From NCBI GenBank assembly GCA_002104945.1, contig MCFH01000030.1, positions 310,001 to 374,000 of the forward strand: a DNA stretch of 64,000 nt. The letters run 5' to 3'. The stretch comes from Piromyces finnis finn. Lineage: Eukaryota; Fungi; Neocallimastigomycota. A model generated the notes under the pieces. That model did no database searches, was not told where the DNA came from, and saw nothing but the letters and a program-made list of their open reading frames with translations. Both the position numbers and the translations under genes were made by a program. Shown piece by piece: positions 11,838 through 25,785 of the stretch (the stretch's first letter is position 1; each line of letters begins with the position of its first letter).

Positions 11838-14800
11838 ATGACAGATACTTCAGTAGATAATTCCCTTCACGGGGAATGTGATTTAATTCCTGTTTTGAAG
11901 AATAGATTAATGGAACTTAGATCAATGTCAAATCCTATTCCAGAAAAAGCAGAAAAAATAACTGATAGTATTAAAAATGTATTATCCTATGAAACATTAT
12001 TAGATATACTTGTTTCTGTTTTTGAAGACTGTAAACAAGCATCTCGTATAACTGATAGCATGCAACTATTTCTTAATAAATGTAATTATTAATATTAAAA
12101 GAATATGTTTTATTTTATAGGGAGAAAATAAATAAAAAAAAAGAAAGAAAGAAAAAATGAATCTTTATATGTTGAAAAATTTTTCAACTCAATACTAATA
12201 TCATTTACATATTGTATACTATTATATAAATTGATATGAATGAATAGATGAAAATATTGTTAAAAAAATTCAAACTTTAAGATTAAATATTTCAGATTTT
12301 GAAGTTGTAAAGCCATTAGCTCAAGGTGCTATAGGAAAAGTATGTTTAATTTAAACATATAATATTTAAGAATTCTATTACATAGTCAATATAGTTAATA
12401 GAATATATATTTGATTATTAACCAATTAATATATATATATATAAAAGGTTTCTTTAGTAAAAGGAAAATATGATAAAAAGTATTATGCTTTGAAAACTTT
12501 AAGTAAAAATGAATTATTATCCCAAAGAGAAGTATGCATTTTACATCTATAATTATTAATTATAAATAGTAATTTTATTTTATTAAAATATTAATTAATA
12601 TATTAAATAAAATTAAGACTGCATTTTTCATGGAAGAAAGAAATGCTATGACTAAACTTAGAACATCAAAATATACAACATCATTATATGCAGCATTCCA
12701 AGATCGCGAAAATCTATATTTATTAATGGAATATGCACCAGGTGGTAGTTTACAAAGAATGTTAGAAGCTGAAGGTGCATTAACCGTAGAGGAAGCAAGA
12801 TTTTATATGGCAGAAGTATTACTTGCTTTAGAAGAATTACATAATTTAAACTTTATTCATAGGTACGATTTAGCAATAAATTAACTTTATATTATACATA
12901 TATATTGTTTTATTAAGTACTATATATATTATATATTATCAAAAATTGTTTTATATAATTAAAAACAAAAACTATATTAAAAATAACAACAAAAAAAAAA
13001 CAACAAAAATAAATAATAAATCAACAGAGATGTAAAACCAGGAAATATATTGATTTATTTAAATGGACATGTTAAATTGGTTGATTTTGGTTCTTGTATT
13101 TCTGTGAACGATAATGAACTTGTAAGTTCTAATGTTCCTGTTGGTACACCAGATTATATTTCTCCAGAAGTTCTTAGAGCTAATGAAGGAAAAGTTAAAT
13201 ATGGTAAAGAATGTGATTGGTGGTCTTATGGTATATCATTATATGAACTTCTACTCTTAGAACCTCCTTTCTATAGTGATTCATTATTAGAAACTTACTC
13301 TCAAATTATGGATCACAAGAATACATTTGGCTGGCCAGATGATTGTACATTAGATGATGATACTAAAGATCTTATTACAAAATTAATTTGTGATAGAGAA
13401 GTACGTTTAGGTAAGAATGGCGCAAAAGAAATTAAGGAACATAAGTTCTTTAAAGGTGTTGATTTTGAAAATATATATAAAATGAAACCACCATTTATGC
13501 CAAAACTTAATAATCCAGAAGATACTACTTATTTCATGACAGAAGAAGATGATGATCATACTCAACGTGTTGCAAATCAAAGAAATGCTGTTGCTAATAA
13601 TAAAAAAGATGTAATGGGATTTAACTTACCATTTGTTGGTTATTCATTCAATCATAATATATCAATTTATACTTCATTTGATTTTGGTAATCAAGGAAAT
13701 ACAAGTACAGGTAACAATTCAATTAAAACTAGAAAAGTATCTGTAGATTTCCGTGCATTAGGAAGTAATGAATCATTAGATGGACAAAAAAATATGAGTG
13801 TTATTGCTATGGAAGAAGAATTAAAAATGTTAAAATTTGAAGTTAATAAAAAGAATGATTTAGAAAAAACTAAAACAAGATTAGAAAAAGAAAAAATAGA
13901 ATTAGAAATGCAAATTATTGAAGTTAAAAATAATTTAAGAGCTCAACAACGTAGTAAATATGACTTGGAAAGACAATTGTCTGATGCTCAAGAAGAATTA
14001 GCTCAAGCAAAGAAGGAAAAAGATTCATTAATGTTATCAAATAAGAATTTCACTGAATATGAAAAGAAAATTGAAGTTTTAAATATGGAATTAAAGGAAA
14101 AATCAGCTATTTCTGAAAAGAACCAAGAAATTATAGATGAAATTACAAAAGCAAAAGCTGTTCTTGAACTCGAATTAGAACATAACAATAAGAAAATAGA
14201 AAGTGGAAAGCTAGAAAATGAAAAGTTAGAAAAAGCAAATATTGAATTAAAAACTAATTTAGAAAATGAAATTAAAAAGAATAATGATAAGGAAATGGAA
14301 ATAAAACAAATTTTTGAATGTAATGAAAATTTAACAAAAGAAGTAGATAAATTAAAAGGTTTAATTAGTGATAAAGAAAATTCTGAAAGTAAATTAAAAG
14401 AACAAAATTCTGTATTAGAAAAAGAAAAAGCTATGATAGATGTTGAATTAAATATGTTAAAAAAGAAAGAACTCTATTTAATGGAAGAAAATGAAAAAGC
14501 TAAAGCTAATATTGAAGAATTGAAAAAGGGTATTGCTCAAACTGAAAAATTAAATCAAAACGAAGAAATTATAAATGACTTAAAATCAAAAATTGATAAT
14601 ATAAATGAAGAATATCATAATGCAAGTAAAGAGTTATCTTTATTAAAAATTGAAAATACAAAGATTAGTCAAAACTTAGATGAAGCTAATAATGCGAAAA
14701 CAGAAGCTCAAAATAAATATTTCAACTTAAACAAGCAATATCAAGATTCTATGAATTACATAAAAACAATAGAACAAACCAAACAAAATTTAGAAAAGCA

Positions 14801-17438
14801 AAATATTACAGCTGAAACAGAACTTAAAAAATTGAAGGAAAATATGGACCAACAAAATCAACAATATTCTAATTTTGAAAAAACCATTTCTGACTTAAAT
14901 CATCAACAAGCTTTAATGAAAATTGAGTTAGATGAAGCTAAAGTTAAAATGGAAAAACAACAACAAGTTAGTAGTGAATTAGAAAATGAAATTAGTAAGA
15001 ATACCAATGAATTAAGAGAACAAGAAACAAAAAATAAGGAATTAGAATTATCATTATTAGAAAAAACTAATGCTCTTGAAAATCTTAAACGTGAAAATGA
15101 AAATTCAAAACAACAATATGATGAATTAATGCAAGAAAAACAACAAACAGAAGTAGAACAATCAGAATTAAACAAGAAATATCAATTACTTGAAATTGAA
15201 TTCAGAGATTTAAAAGAAAGATACCAAAATGAATGTGATCTTAGAAATTCAATTGAAATGCAAGCTCAAAAGTTCAAAGAACAAAGTCAAATGGATATCG
15301 ACAATATTGAAGACTTAAAAGAAGAACTTATACATATAAAAGCTGATTATGAAAATCTTAAGAAGGAACACGAAATTACTAATGATAAACTGGTTGAATT
15401 AAATGGAAAGTATGAGGATGTTAAACGCGAAAATGAAAAATTCAAATTAAAGATAGAAACTTCTGTTCCAACTGTACTAGAGAAAGAAAAGGGAGCATTA
15501 TCTCCAATTAATGATAGTGGTGCTAGTATTTACAGTGAAAATAATCATAAAAAATTCAAGTTCTTTGGTTTTAGAAAGGGTAGATCTGATGTTGATAAGA
15601 CTTTAATGAAGTCAGATACTGATGACGAATTAAGAATTTACCCACTACATAATAGAAAGTTAAGTACAACATCATATTCTAATAATAATTCAAAGATTGA
15701 ATTAAATGTTATATTTAATCCAAATGAACCATTAGCTGGATGGTTAAAGGTTCCGAAATCTCAAAAAAGTATTAAACATGGCTGGGATAAGAGATATGCT
15801 GTTGTTAAAGATTTCAAGATTTTATTCTATGAAAATGTAAAGGACTCTGAAACAAATACTAACTGTAAGGGAGTTATTTCATTAACGTAAGTATATTCAA
15901 TACATATTAATATTTATTTCTTCACAAGTTTTTTATATTAATATATATTCTACTATTTATTAACAACAACAATAATAATAACATTATAATTATATAAAAT
16001 ATATATAAATATAAATATATATAGTTGTGATATTTTCAATATTCAAACAGTAGTAAGCAAAGAATTAATTCATGCTCAACCAAAGGAAATTAAGTGTATT
16101 TTCAAGATTCATTCAACAAATGTCGGTAATGATTCACAACAATCATTTAAGGTATTATAATTTTATTTATTCACTATTTTTATAAACATAGATATTCTAA
16201 TAAGAAAATAACTGAATTTTCTTTATTTTTCTTTTTCAAAATAATAATAATAATAAATAAATAAAAATAAAATTAATAGGAATCTAATATGAACAATATT
16301 TCATTAAATGAACTACAAAAAACTTACAATAAGTTACAAACTGATATAAAGACTGAAGAGAATATATATGGTGGTTATGAAAAAATGGTATCTGCTTATG
16401 AAACAGATAATGATAGAAAATTCGTTGCTGTTCAACAATTAGAAGCCTCCAAGAAAAGATTAAATAAATTATATAATGATTTCGAAAATGTAAAGAGTCA
16501 AATTCAAAAAATATCACCAAATGATAATACTAATAATGTTAATATTGTCGATGTAACTGATGAACATGAAATTACAGAAGAAGAAATTAATAGAGTTGAT
16601 TTATCAGAATATAAGGAAGAATTAAAGGCAACAATAGAATCAGAATTAAAGAGAAAAGAAAGTATTCAAAGATCAATTCAGCAACAACAAAATATTAATG
16701 GTAAAACATATAAGCCAACTAAACTTATACAAGAATTACAAACTATTGACCTTAATATTGAATCAAAGAAGAAGGATATTGAAAAGATTGAATCCGTAAG
16801 TTATTATATATCAAATTTACTATAATAAACATAATTCTTTTAAATTTTATTAATAATAATTATTATCTATAATAATAAATCGATAATAGGGTGATGAAGC
16901 TTGTAAGCAATTATTAAAGAAAAAGATTGCTGAACAAAATCAAATTCATGAATTCATCGGTCATAAATTCAGAGCTAAGGAATTCTGCAGTAACATTACA
17001 GCATGTGATTACTGTCATGATGCTTTCTGGGGATCATTACAAGCCCAAGAATGCACAGGTAAACAATATAATAAATATAATTGTATTATACTAAAAAAGA
17101 AATATAATTTTAAATACTAATAAATACTATTACATATTAATTTAATATTAATTTTATAATATTAATTAAATTTAAAAAATAAATTTAGTCTGTAAACTTG
17201 CATGTCATAAACATTGTCAAAACTACTTAGAAAAGACTTGCCAAGAAGTTATGAGTTTAAGAAATATAAAACCAAAGGTATATATAAAATAGTATTAATA
17301 ATTTCATTGATTGACAAATTTATTAATGTTAATTTCATAAATTTTTAGTATTTAATGGCTCAAGATGATCATGATAAGTTCAAGTGGATACAAGGTTTAG
17401 AATACTTCAGAAATGAATATGAAAAATCAAAAAATTAG
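11838..17438 (+). CDS. ROCK/MRCK/DMPK-family AGC kinase: kinase, long coiled coil, split PH containing HR1-like helices and a C1 domain (multi-exon)
   Basis: N-terminal LLDILVSVFEDC resembles the MRCK/DMPK N-terminal extension. Kinase motifs: HRDVKPGN, DFG, GTPDYISPE, CDWWSYG; hydrophobic motif LPFVGYSF. About 600 aa of coiled coil follow. PH start GWLKVP..GWDKRYAVV; C1 HKF..CDYC..C..C..CHKHC..C; PH end LMAQDDHDKFKWIQGL. Confidence 0.85.
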
Positions 17439-17529
17439 ATTACTTTTTAATTAGAATATAATATTTATACTATTAATATTTATATATTATTTTTCTATTT
17501 TTTTATGTAATTTATTTATTTTAATTTGT

Positions 17530-17560
<31 letters not shown>

Positions 17561-17965
17561 TGTTTTATATTATTATAAATATAGATGCTTAAATTATTTT
17601 TTTATAGATTTTGTATTTTGTATAGTGTATAATTAAATCTGTATTTAATGAAATAGATTTGATTTAAAATTTTAAATTTTTTATTTTTAATGAATTTACA
17701 AATATATAAAGTTTATTTAAATTCAACAATATATATAGATATCATATTAATAAATATAATTTTTATATATAAATAAAAAAATGTTCCTTTTATTATTTAA
17801 AATTAAGATGGAAAGTTTTTTTTTTTTTTTTTAACGGCATCAAATGTTTTTAATTAATTTAATTAAAATTAAAAATAAAATTAAAAAAATGTTTAAATAT
17901 ACAAATTAATAAAAATTTGGTATAATATATTCTAGTAATTTTAATAAAAGTAAGAAAGCCACTAT

Positions 17966-19486
17966 GTGATTAGCAGAGTTTCATACTTTGCACCATTACT
18001 TGGATCCAACAAAGCTAGGTCTAGGATTGCTCAGAAGCATGTTAACAAAGGAATACGATGGGTTACCGGAGTTCATAAAGCCGTATCGTTTATATCTTTA
18101 TACTCTATCTCAAAAGATTTGAATATTCCTCCATTGTCAGCCAAATGTGCGTTAGCTCAGGTTAGATGTTTTAACAAATGGAAAAACTCAAATTGTATTA
18201 TCTCACACCTTGTCAATTACATTCCTAAATTTAGAAAATACACGTGGTGCAAATCAAGTAGGACACTTGAAAAAAAACTAAAGAAGCATGGAGATGTTAA
18301 AGCAGTTAAAAACTTTTATTGGAAAGATCTCAAAGGGAATTCAATCAAAGCGCAATATTATGATGATAATAAATTTATTGAAACTAAAGATTTTATTAAA
18401 TTATGTTATGAGTACCCAGAGTTTGCCTATGGCTTCTACTGGCTATTGAAAACAAGAAGCGGATATAAGTTGGATGCTAGAGTTGCCAAAGCTGCTAAAT
18501 TTGTTGATCCAGTTTGTCCTAACTTCTGTCCATGTTGCAAGTGTGGAGATCAAAGTATTAAACATTGGTTATTAGATTGTCCAACATTTAGAGATATCCG
18601 TATTAAACATTATGATTCCATAGTCCAGCTATTAAATTTTTTCAGTCAACGTAATTCCAATAGTCCTATCAATAATAATGAAATTGATAATGTCAGTAGA
18701 GATAGCAATAACAGTAATAGTAATAGTAACAATAATAATAATAACAATAGTAATAATAACAATAGTAATAATAACAATAGTAGTAATAGTAATAATAGAA
18801 ATAGTAATAATAACAATAGTAGTAATAGAAATAATAATATTAATAATGATAGCAATAGTGAAGATAATAATTCTAATTTAGATAGTAATTTAGTTAATGA
18901 TAGTAATAGTTCTAATAATCCGGTGAATATTAATGTGTATGATTATTCTAGTGTGTGCAGTAAAATATTTAAATTCCTTCTTGGGGGAAGAAGTTTTAAC
19001 AATATTAATTACAATTCAAGGGAATGGAAAGAACTTTGTAAGCGTCAGATTCAATCTGGTACTAATGAAGGAGCACCATTCTTGACGGTAACCGCGGAAC
19101 TTCTAACCAAAATCATGCCTTTTGCTATTGGCCAGCAATGGTCAATGTTCAAAAGGTTTGAAGCAACATCCAAGAGCGTCAATGCTGAAGAAACAGTAAG
19201 ACAGGCCAGGAGGGCCAGCGCAACCAATGGAGATCATAATTTTGTTCCATGACAAAATTTTGATCTTTGGCTCGGTGTCCCATTGGAAGTCAAATACAAT
19301 TATTATACTTTAGTATGATAGTGGCTTTCTTACTTTAATTAAAATTACTAGAATACATTATACCCAATTTTTATTCATTTGTGTTTATTTAAACATATTT
19401 TTTTTATTTTTATTTATTTTTAATTTTTTATTACATGTATTATAATTTTAATTAAATTAATAATAAAGTTTAAAATATTTGATGCC

Positions 19487-19530
<44 letters not shown>
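17966..19530 (+). mobile_element. Young 5'-truncated family-A LINE (~1.5 kb), antisense inside the 3' UTR of the old A copy
   Basis: Matches the 3' 1.5 kb of the long A copy, with a ~41-nt poly(A). A 14-bp TSD aagaaagccactat sits at 17952-17965 and 19531-19544. Confidence 0.93.
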
Positions 19531-19534
<4 letters not shown>

Positions 19535-19566
19535 AAGCCACTATTATACTAAAGTATGATAATAAT

Positions 19567-20333
19567 ATTATGAAAATCTTGCATCTGATGTTACAAATCA
19601 TAGATTTATTGACGATCTTTTTACCCTTTTTCACAATATATACAATAATCAATCTATCACTTACTCCTAAAATGGAAGTAAAAAAAAACTATTTATAACT
19701 ATATTTTTACATTCTTTCTTGGTGGAATTTTAGCTTATGATGAACTACAAATCGATAAGGTGGAACAAAGACATTTGAATGAACAGTTTTACAGTTCATC
19801 GGGGTCTCATGTTCAATATGTAGAGACTCTCGCGGCTTTTCTTACTAAAACAATCCCTATCATTAGTAGCTCAATGAAGTTATTTTTTGATACCTAACGT
19901 AATCAAGAGCGCCGACATCGTACCGATATGGCAAAGGAACATTCCCAATGTTCCGTACACAGGGTTCAATGTTAGTATTTCCTCAAATTCGAATAAAAAC
20001 ATCATGAGCTCATGTGAAAGTTTAGTGAACAATATCATACTTGATGTTACTTCTCTTTTTTATTTCATTTAATTTATTAGGTAGGGACCAATCCCACACA
20101 GTACGAATTGCAGAGTTCATTGAGCTTTTATTCAACTTTAATAATTATTTTATTTTATTTTATAATTATATTTATATATATATATGTATTTTATTATTTT
20201 TATTTATTATTTATTATATCATTATGTATTATCACCTAATATAATTAAATAAGTAAATACAGTATAATATAATTTCACAAATTAAATAAGTAAATATAAG
20301 AAGTTTATTCTCTTCTTAGTCTAAAAAAAAAAA
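19567..20333 (+). mobile_element. Family-B LINE fragment, 5'-truncated and internally deleted
   Basis: About 37 bp from the region upstream of the RT (matches ~24055-24090 rc) is fused to the B 3' region (matches 21437-22160 rc). It ends ...ttcttagtct(A)11. Possible short TSD gataat (19558-19563 / 20334-20339). Confidence 0.85.
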
Positions 20334-21486
20334 GATAATTGCATTCGACTTCCAATGAAACACCGAGTCAAAGATCAAGATTTTATTTAGGGACAAAATT
20401 ATGATCTCCATTGGTTGTACCTGACCTCCTGGCCTGTCTTACTGTTTCTTCAGTATTGACGCTCTTGGTTGTTGCTTTAAACCTTTTGAACATTGTCCAT
20501 TGCTGACCAATAACAAAAGGCATGTTTTTAGCTTCCTTCGTAAATACCCAATTGAATCTGACACTTGCAAGGTTCTTTCCATTCCCTTGAATTGTAATTG
20601 ATATTATTAAAACTTCTTCCTCCAAGAAGGAATTTAAATATTTTATTGCACACATTAGAATAATCATGCACATTAATAATCACCAAATTATTACTATTAT
20701 TAACTAAATAATTTTCTTAATTAGAATTATTATCTTCACTATTGCTATTACTAATATTATTAATAATGTTATTAAAATTATTAATATAACGTTACTACTA
20801 CTATTATTATTATTGCTATCTCTATTGATATTAGCATTTTCATTATCATTGATAGAACTGTTGGAATTACATTTACTGAAAAAACTAAACTGTTGGACTA
20901 TGTAATTGTAATATTTAATACAGATATCTCTAAAAGTTAGACAATCTTATAACCTTAATATTTTGATCTCCACTCTTGCAACATAGACAGTAATTAGGAC
21001 AAACTGAATCAACAAATTTAGCAGTTTTTGCAACTCTAGCATCCAACTTCAACTTGTATCCGCATCTTGCTTTCAATAGCCAGTAGAAACCATAGGCAAA
21101 CTCTAGGTACTCATAACATAATTTAATAAAATCTTTAGTTTCAATAAATTTATTTTTATCGTAGTATTTCGCTCTGATTGAATTTCCTTTGAGATCTTTC
21201 CAATAAAGGTTTTTAACTGCTTTAACATCCCCACACTTCTTTAATTTTTTATCAAGAGTCCTACTTGATTTGCACAATGTATATTTTCTAAATTTAGGAA
21301 TGTAAATGATAAGTGTGTGAGATGATACAATTTTAGTTTTTAGTGGGCAACCTTGACGGACTATCTTTACATCAAAAGATTTCGACAATTGACCATCTAA
21401 TTTGACATTAGCCTTAAATAATTTTTTTTTTTTTTTAGACTAGGAAAAGAATACACATCTTTTATTTATTTATTTAATTTGAGATA

Positions 21487-24400
21487 TTACACAACATTAG
21501 GTGATAATACATATTGATATTGATAAAATAAATAATAAATAAAAATAATAAAATATATATAAATAAAAATATAAATATAAAATAATATAAAATAATTATT
21601 AAAGTTGCATAAAAGTTCAATGAACTCTGCAATTTGTACTGTGTGGGATTGGTCCCTACCTAATAAATTAAATGAAATAAAAAAAAGAAGTAACATCAAG
21701 TATGATAGTGTGGTGTCCACTAAACTCTCCCATGAGCTCATAATGTTTTCATTCGAATTTGAGGAAATACTAACATTGAACCCTGTGTACGGAACATTGG
21801 AAATGTTCCTTTGCCATATCGGTACGACGTCGGCGCTCTTGATTACGTTAGGTGTCTTACTAAACCTATCAAAAAGTAGCTTCATAGAGCTACTAATGAT
21901 AGGGATTGTTTTAGTAAGAAAAGCCGCGAGACCCTCTACATATGGAACATGAGACCCCGATGAACTGTAAAGCTGTTCATTCAAATGTCTTTGTTCCGCC
22001 TTATCGATATGTAGCTCATCATAAGCTAAAGTTCCACCTAGAAGGAACGTAAAAATATAGTTATAAATTGTCTTTCTTACTTCCATTTCAGGGAGTAAGT
22101 ATTTGATGAATTGGTTCTTATATTTATTGTAAAAAAGGGTAAAAAGATCGTCAATAAAGCTAAGTGAAGAAGCTCTGTATTCAGAGAATGCAGAACATTC
22201 TAATATCCAATGGTAAAAAGATTGTTCGTCAAATCCGCAACATGGACAGACACGAGGGCAGTCAGGAGTAACTCTATTACTGGCAATAGCAATTCGGATA
22301 GTATTTTCATAACCGCATCGAATACGAATAATCCAGGTAATTCCTAAATTTAAAGTGAGGTTTGTTGAGACCGATATGCATTAGGCGATTTGAATTAAAG
22401 AATTTGTTGTTAGTATATCTGAGGGCTTTACTTCCATTATTTAGGCTACTATTATTCCAATAATATTCTCTAATATCTTTAGTACTTTTAATATTTATTT
22501 TCATAAGCTTCTTATGTAGTGAACAAGATTCTTTGGCCCAAGAGTAATGAGACATGGGAGGAATAGATCGGACGAGATCTTTAATTATACAATTTGATTT
22601 TCTCCATTTAACAAAGCATTTCACTTGTTGCGCAGCACAAATACCTGAAAGGGTAGGGATCTTCATATCTCTTGTAAGAGCATACAGACTAATAAATGAA
22701 TTTCGTTCAAAAACAAAATCTTTGTTATTAAAACTTTTATTGTGAAAGCTATTGACACTCCATAAAACAGCAGTATTGATAAGGGATTGGACTCTTCTAG
22801 TTCTATTTTTGTTGGAACCAAGCAAAGGAGCATAATAAGAGACTTTGCTTAAAATATAAGAATGAATTACTATGTTTTTTAAGCCAATAGGAACACAATT
22901 GTTGGTGAGGAAGTTCTTAAAAGAGAATAAAGATTTCTGAATTTTTTGTACATATTAGACAGAATAGGAGTCAAAGAAAGATCTTCGTCGAATGGGATTC
23001 CAAGATAAGTATAGCAAGAAACCTTTGGAATTGAGTACATACCGATGTAAAATGTTGGGTCGACATAACTAGGGGATCTATTAAAGTTGATAGGTTTAAC
23101 AACAATAGTTGCACATTTATTTATTCCAAAAGACATTTCATTTAAATTAGCCCAATCAAGGACTAGATTGAGCATCTTTTGAAGGTTCTTCTTACTAGGA
23201 GCAATCAAAACAATGTCATCAGCGAAAAGGCCACCACAACAACGTTTATTTCCTAAGCTAACTCCAAGCCTTTCACATTTATTTAAAATATCATTGATAA
23301 AGAGGTTAAAAAGTATAGGAGAAAGAGGACATCCTTGTCTTACACCACGGTTTATAGGGAATTCATTGGAAAGCATATCCAAGAAACGTGCACGAGCTTT
23401 AGAGGTAGAGTAGAGATTATTGAGAAAATCAAAACATTTACCATGTATATCTAATTTATATAACTTTGTAAGGATATTAAAAATAGGAACTGAGTCGTAT
23501 GCTTTTTTAAGGTCTAGAAAGGCGACATAAGTGGCTTTTCCTTTAAATTTTCTTCTTTGACAGATTTCTCTAATGGAAACAAATAAGCTAATACATTCTT
23601 CTTTATTGCGAAAACCAAATTGCTCAGGTCTTATAAAATTATGAGAAAGAGCATACTTGGAAATTCTATTAGTTACAATTTTTGAAATAATTTTAAGACC
23701 TACATTGATGAGAGAAATACCACGATAATTATTACAGTCTGAAAGATCGCCTTTCTTTGGAATAGAAACAATGGAAGCAGAGTTCCATTTCAAAGGAAAG
23801 GAACCATTCCAGATTTTATTAAAAATTAATTTAAGACAATTACCAGCAGACTTATGTTCTTTCTCCAGTTCTTCGTCACAAAAGAAAGCTTTGAAAAATT
23901 CAATTGGGATACCATCGGGACCTGGAGCCTTATTATTCTTCATTGACAGAACAACATTCCTAATTTCCTCAATAGAAATGGGACCATTTATATCCCATGC
24001 TATTTGATTGATATGGTTGAATTGGAAGGCTCTTTCCCAGTAACCACGATTTAAGCTGTGATTTGTAACATCCGATGCAAGATTTTCATAATGTTCAGCC
24101 CAACGTTTTAATTGTTCTTGAGGAGTAAATAAATCCTTGCCATTCTTGTCCTTAATAGTTGAAACATGGGAGGACGAATAACTTGGTTTGGCAAGTTTTT
24201 TAAGGCCTTTCCAACCTTGTCTAAAGCTTTTATCAATAAAATGTTTTCCGATAGAAACAATATTAGCTTTATAGAGATTGGATCTGAATTTACTCTTAAC
24301 CTTTTTGATGGTATTACATAGATTTTGGTATATGGAGAACTGGTTAAGATAATTTTCCATGTCAGCGCAATCTGAAAGGGGCTTAATATTTTTGTAAGCC

Positions 24401-25785
24401 AGGTGTTTTTCATGTGATAAGTTTTTGATGTATTGAGGGAAATGGAATGCTGGACCTTTTAAATCTGCAGGCACAATGGCTTTTATTTCTTTACCTATAG
24501 TTTTGGAAGTATCTAAAAATTTTGAAACCATATCGTCAGCCGAAAGGCTATCGCAATTAGCTTCAAGCTCGGAAGCTAGAACAGCAAAGCGATTACTAGT
24601 AAGAATGTCAGAACACTTTGTGTTACAGATATGACTTGACCACTTAAAGGTCTTCTTAGGCTTTTTGAAACCATCAGAAGAGTCTTTTATACAAGACACA
24701 AGGATCGGTTTGTGATCAGAAACATCGTGGAAAACTTCGCAAACTGAAGATTTGTTTATGTGTTCTGTCATAGCTTTGTTGTATATAATATGATCAATGC
24801 ATGAAGATTTAGATCCTTTTTCCCAGGTAAAATTATTACCAGTTAACTCAGCCATAGTCCAATCCGGGAAGTGTTGTGATATATAAGATTTGATTTTAAT
24901 AGCTGACATATTAAAGTCTCCTACAAGGATAGCTGGGTGGTTGAATTTGTTATGCGTTGTTAACCACTTATCAAGTTCATCAAAGGCAATTAATCTAGCA
25001 TCCGGCCATCTAGTTTGCGGGAAGTAAATATTACCGATGGTACATCTCTGGTTCCAAAATGACAATATTGTAACTGAAATGATGTACTTATATAGAAGAG
25101 GTTCAGGAGTAAAGGAACAAGAGTTATGAACACCAATGTAAAGCCCTCTCATACCTGGAACTTTAGGATTAGCACGTCTGTGTACTGGTTTATAGTTCGG
25201 TAGGCATGGGGAGGAAATTGCATTACCACAGAGGAATTGGCTGTTACCTACTTCTTGAAGACAGACACATACAGGTTTGAAAACAGAGATGAAGTATAAA
25301 ACACCGTCCTTTTTCTAAGGGTTCCAACCATTGATGTTCCAACAAGTACATAAGTTGAAAAAGGAAGCATTAGAGCTTAGATGACTAAAATAGAAATCGT
25401 CAGAGAGTGGACCAGTAGTAGATTTGATAGATCGTTTGTTTTTGTATGATCTATTGTTTTTGAGCTTATCAATGAATTTCCAAGATATTTTACTAGAGAT
25501 TGGGAGTTTTTTAGAAAGTGAGTGTATAAGTAACATGGCTTTAAGCGGGCATTTTCCATTGACTTTTAGAATGAAATAGGTACCGAGTGATTGTGAATAT
25601 TTTTTGGTGAGGGATTGAAGAATATCATTGAAAGGTTGAATGTCCTTTAAAAGAAATTCCATTAGTCGTTGTTTTGACCATGAACTAAGATCATGGATAA
25701 AAATTAGATATGATTTATTGGAGTTAGATCCAAAGAAACGAAGACCACGTCGTAAGGTAGGTACAGTACAATTGGTATTGTTCAT
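21487..25785 (-). pseudogene. Frameshifted APE endonuclease-reverse transcriptase-CCHC ORF of family B
   Basis: APE motifs WNING, CLQE, LVGDFN, SCIDHI, SDHKP. RT motifs KAPGPDG, YRGISL, QFGFR, DLKKAYD, RQGCPLSP, FADD, YLG. CPCC..H..LEC knuckle near 22190-22260. The frame breaks at ~25315, ~22880 and ~22310. Confidence 0.9.

Noticed and set aside
18646-18881. Poly-Leu and Ile/Val-rich ORFs (also 59451..59651, 60931..61131)
   Set aside because: Alternative-frame or antisense readings of the (AAT/AGT)n Asn/Ser tract.
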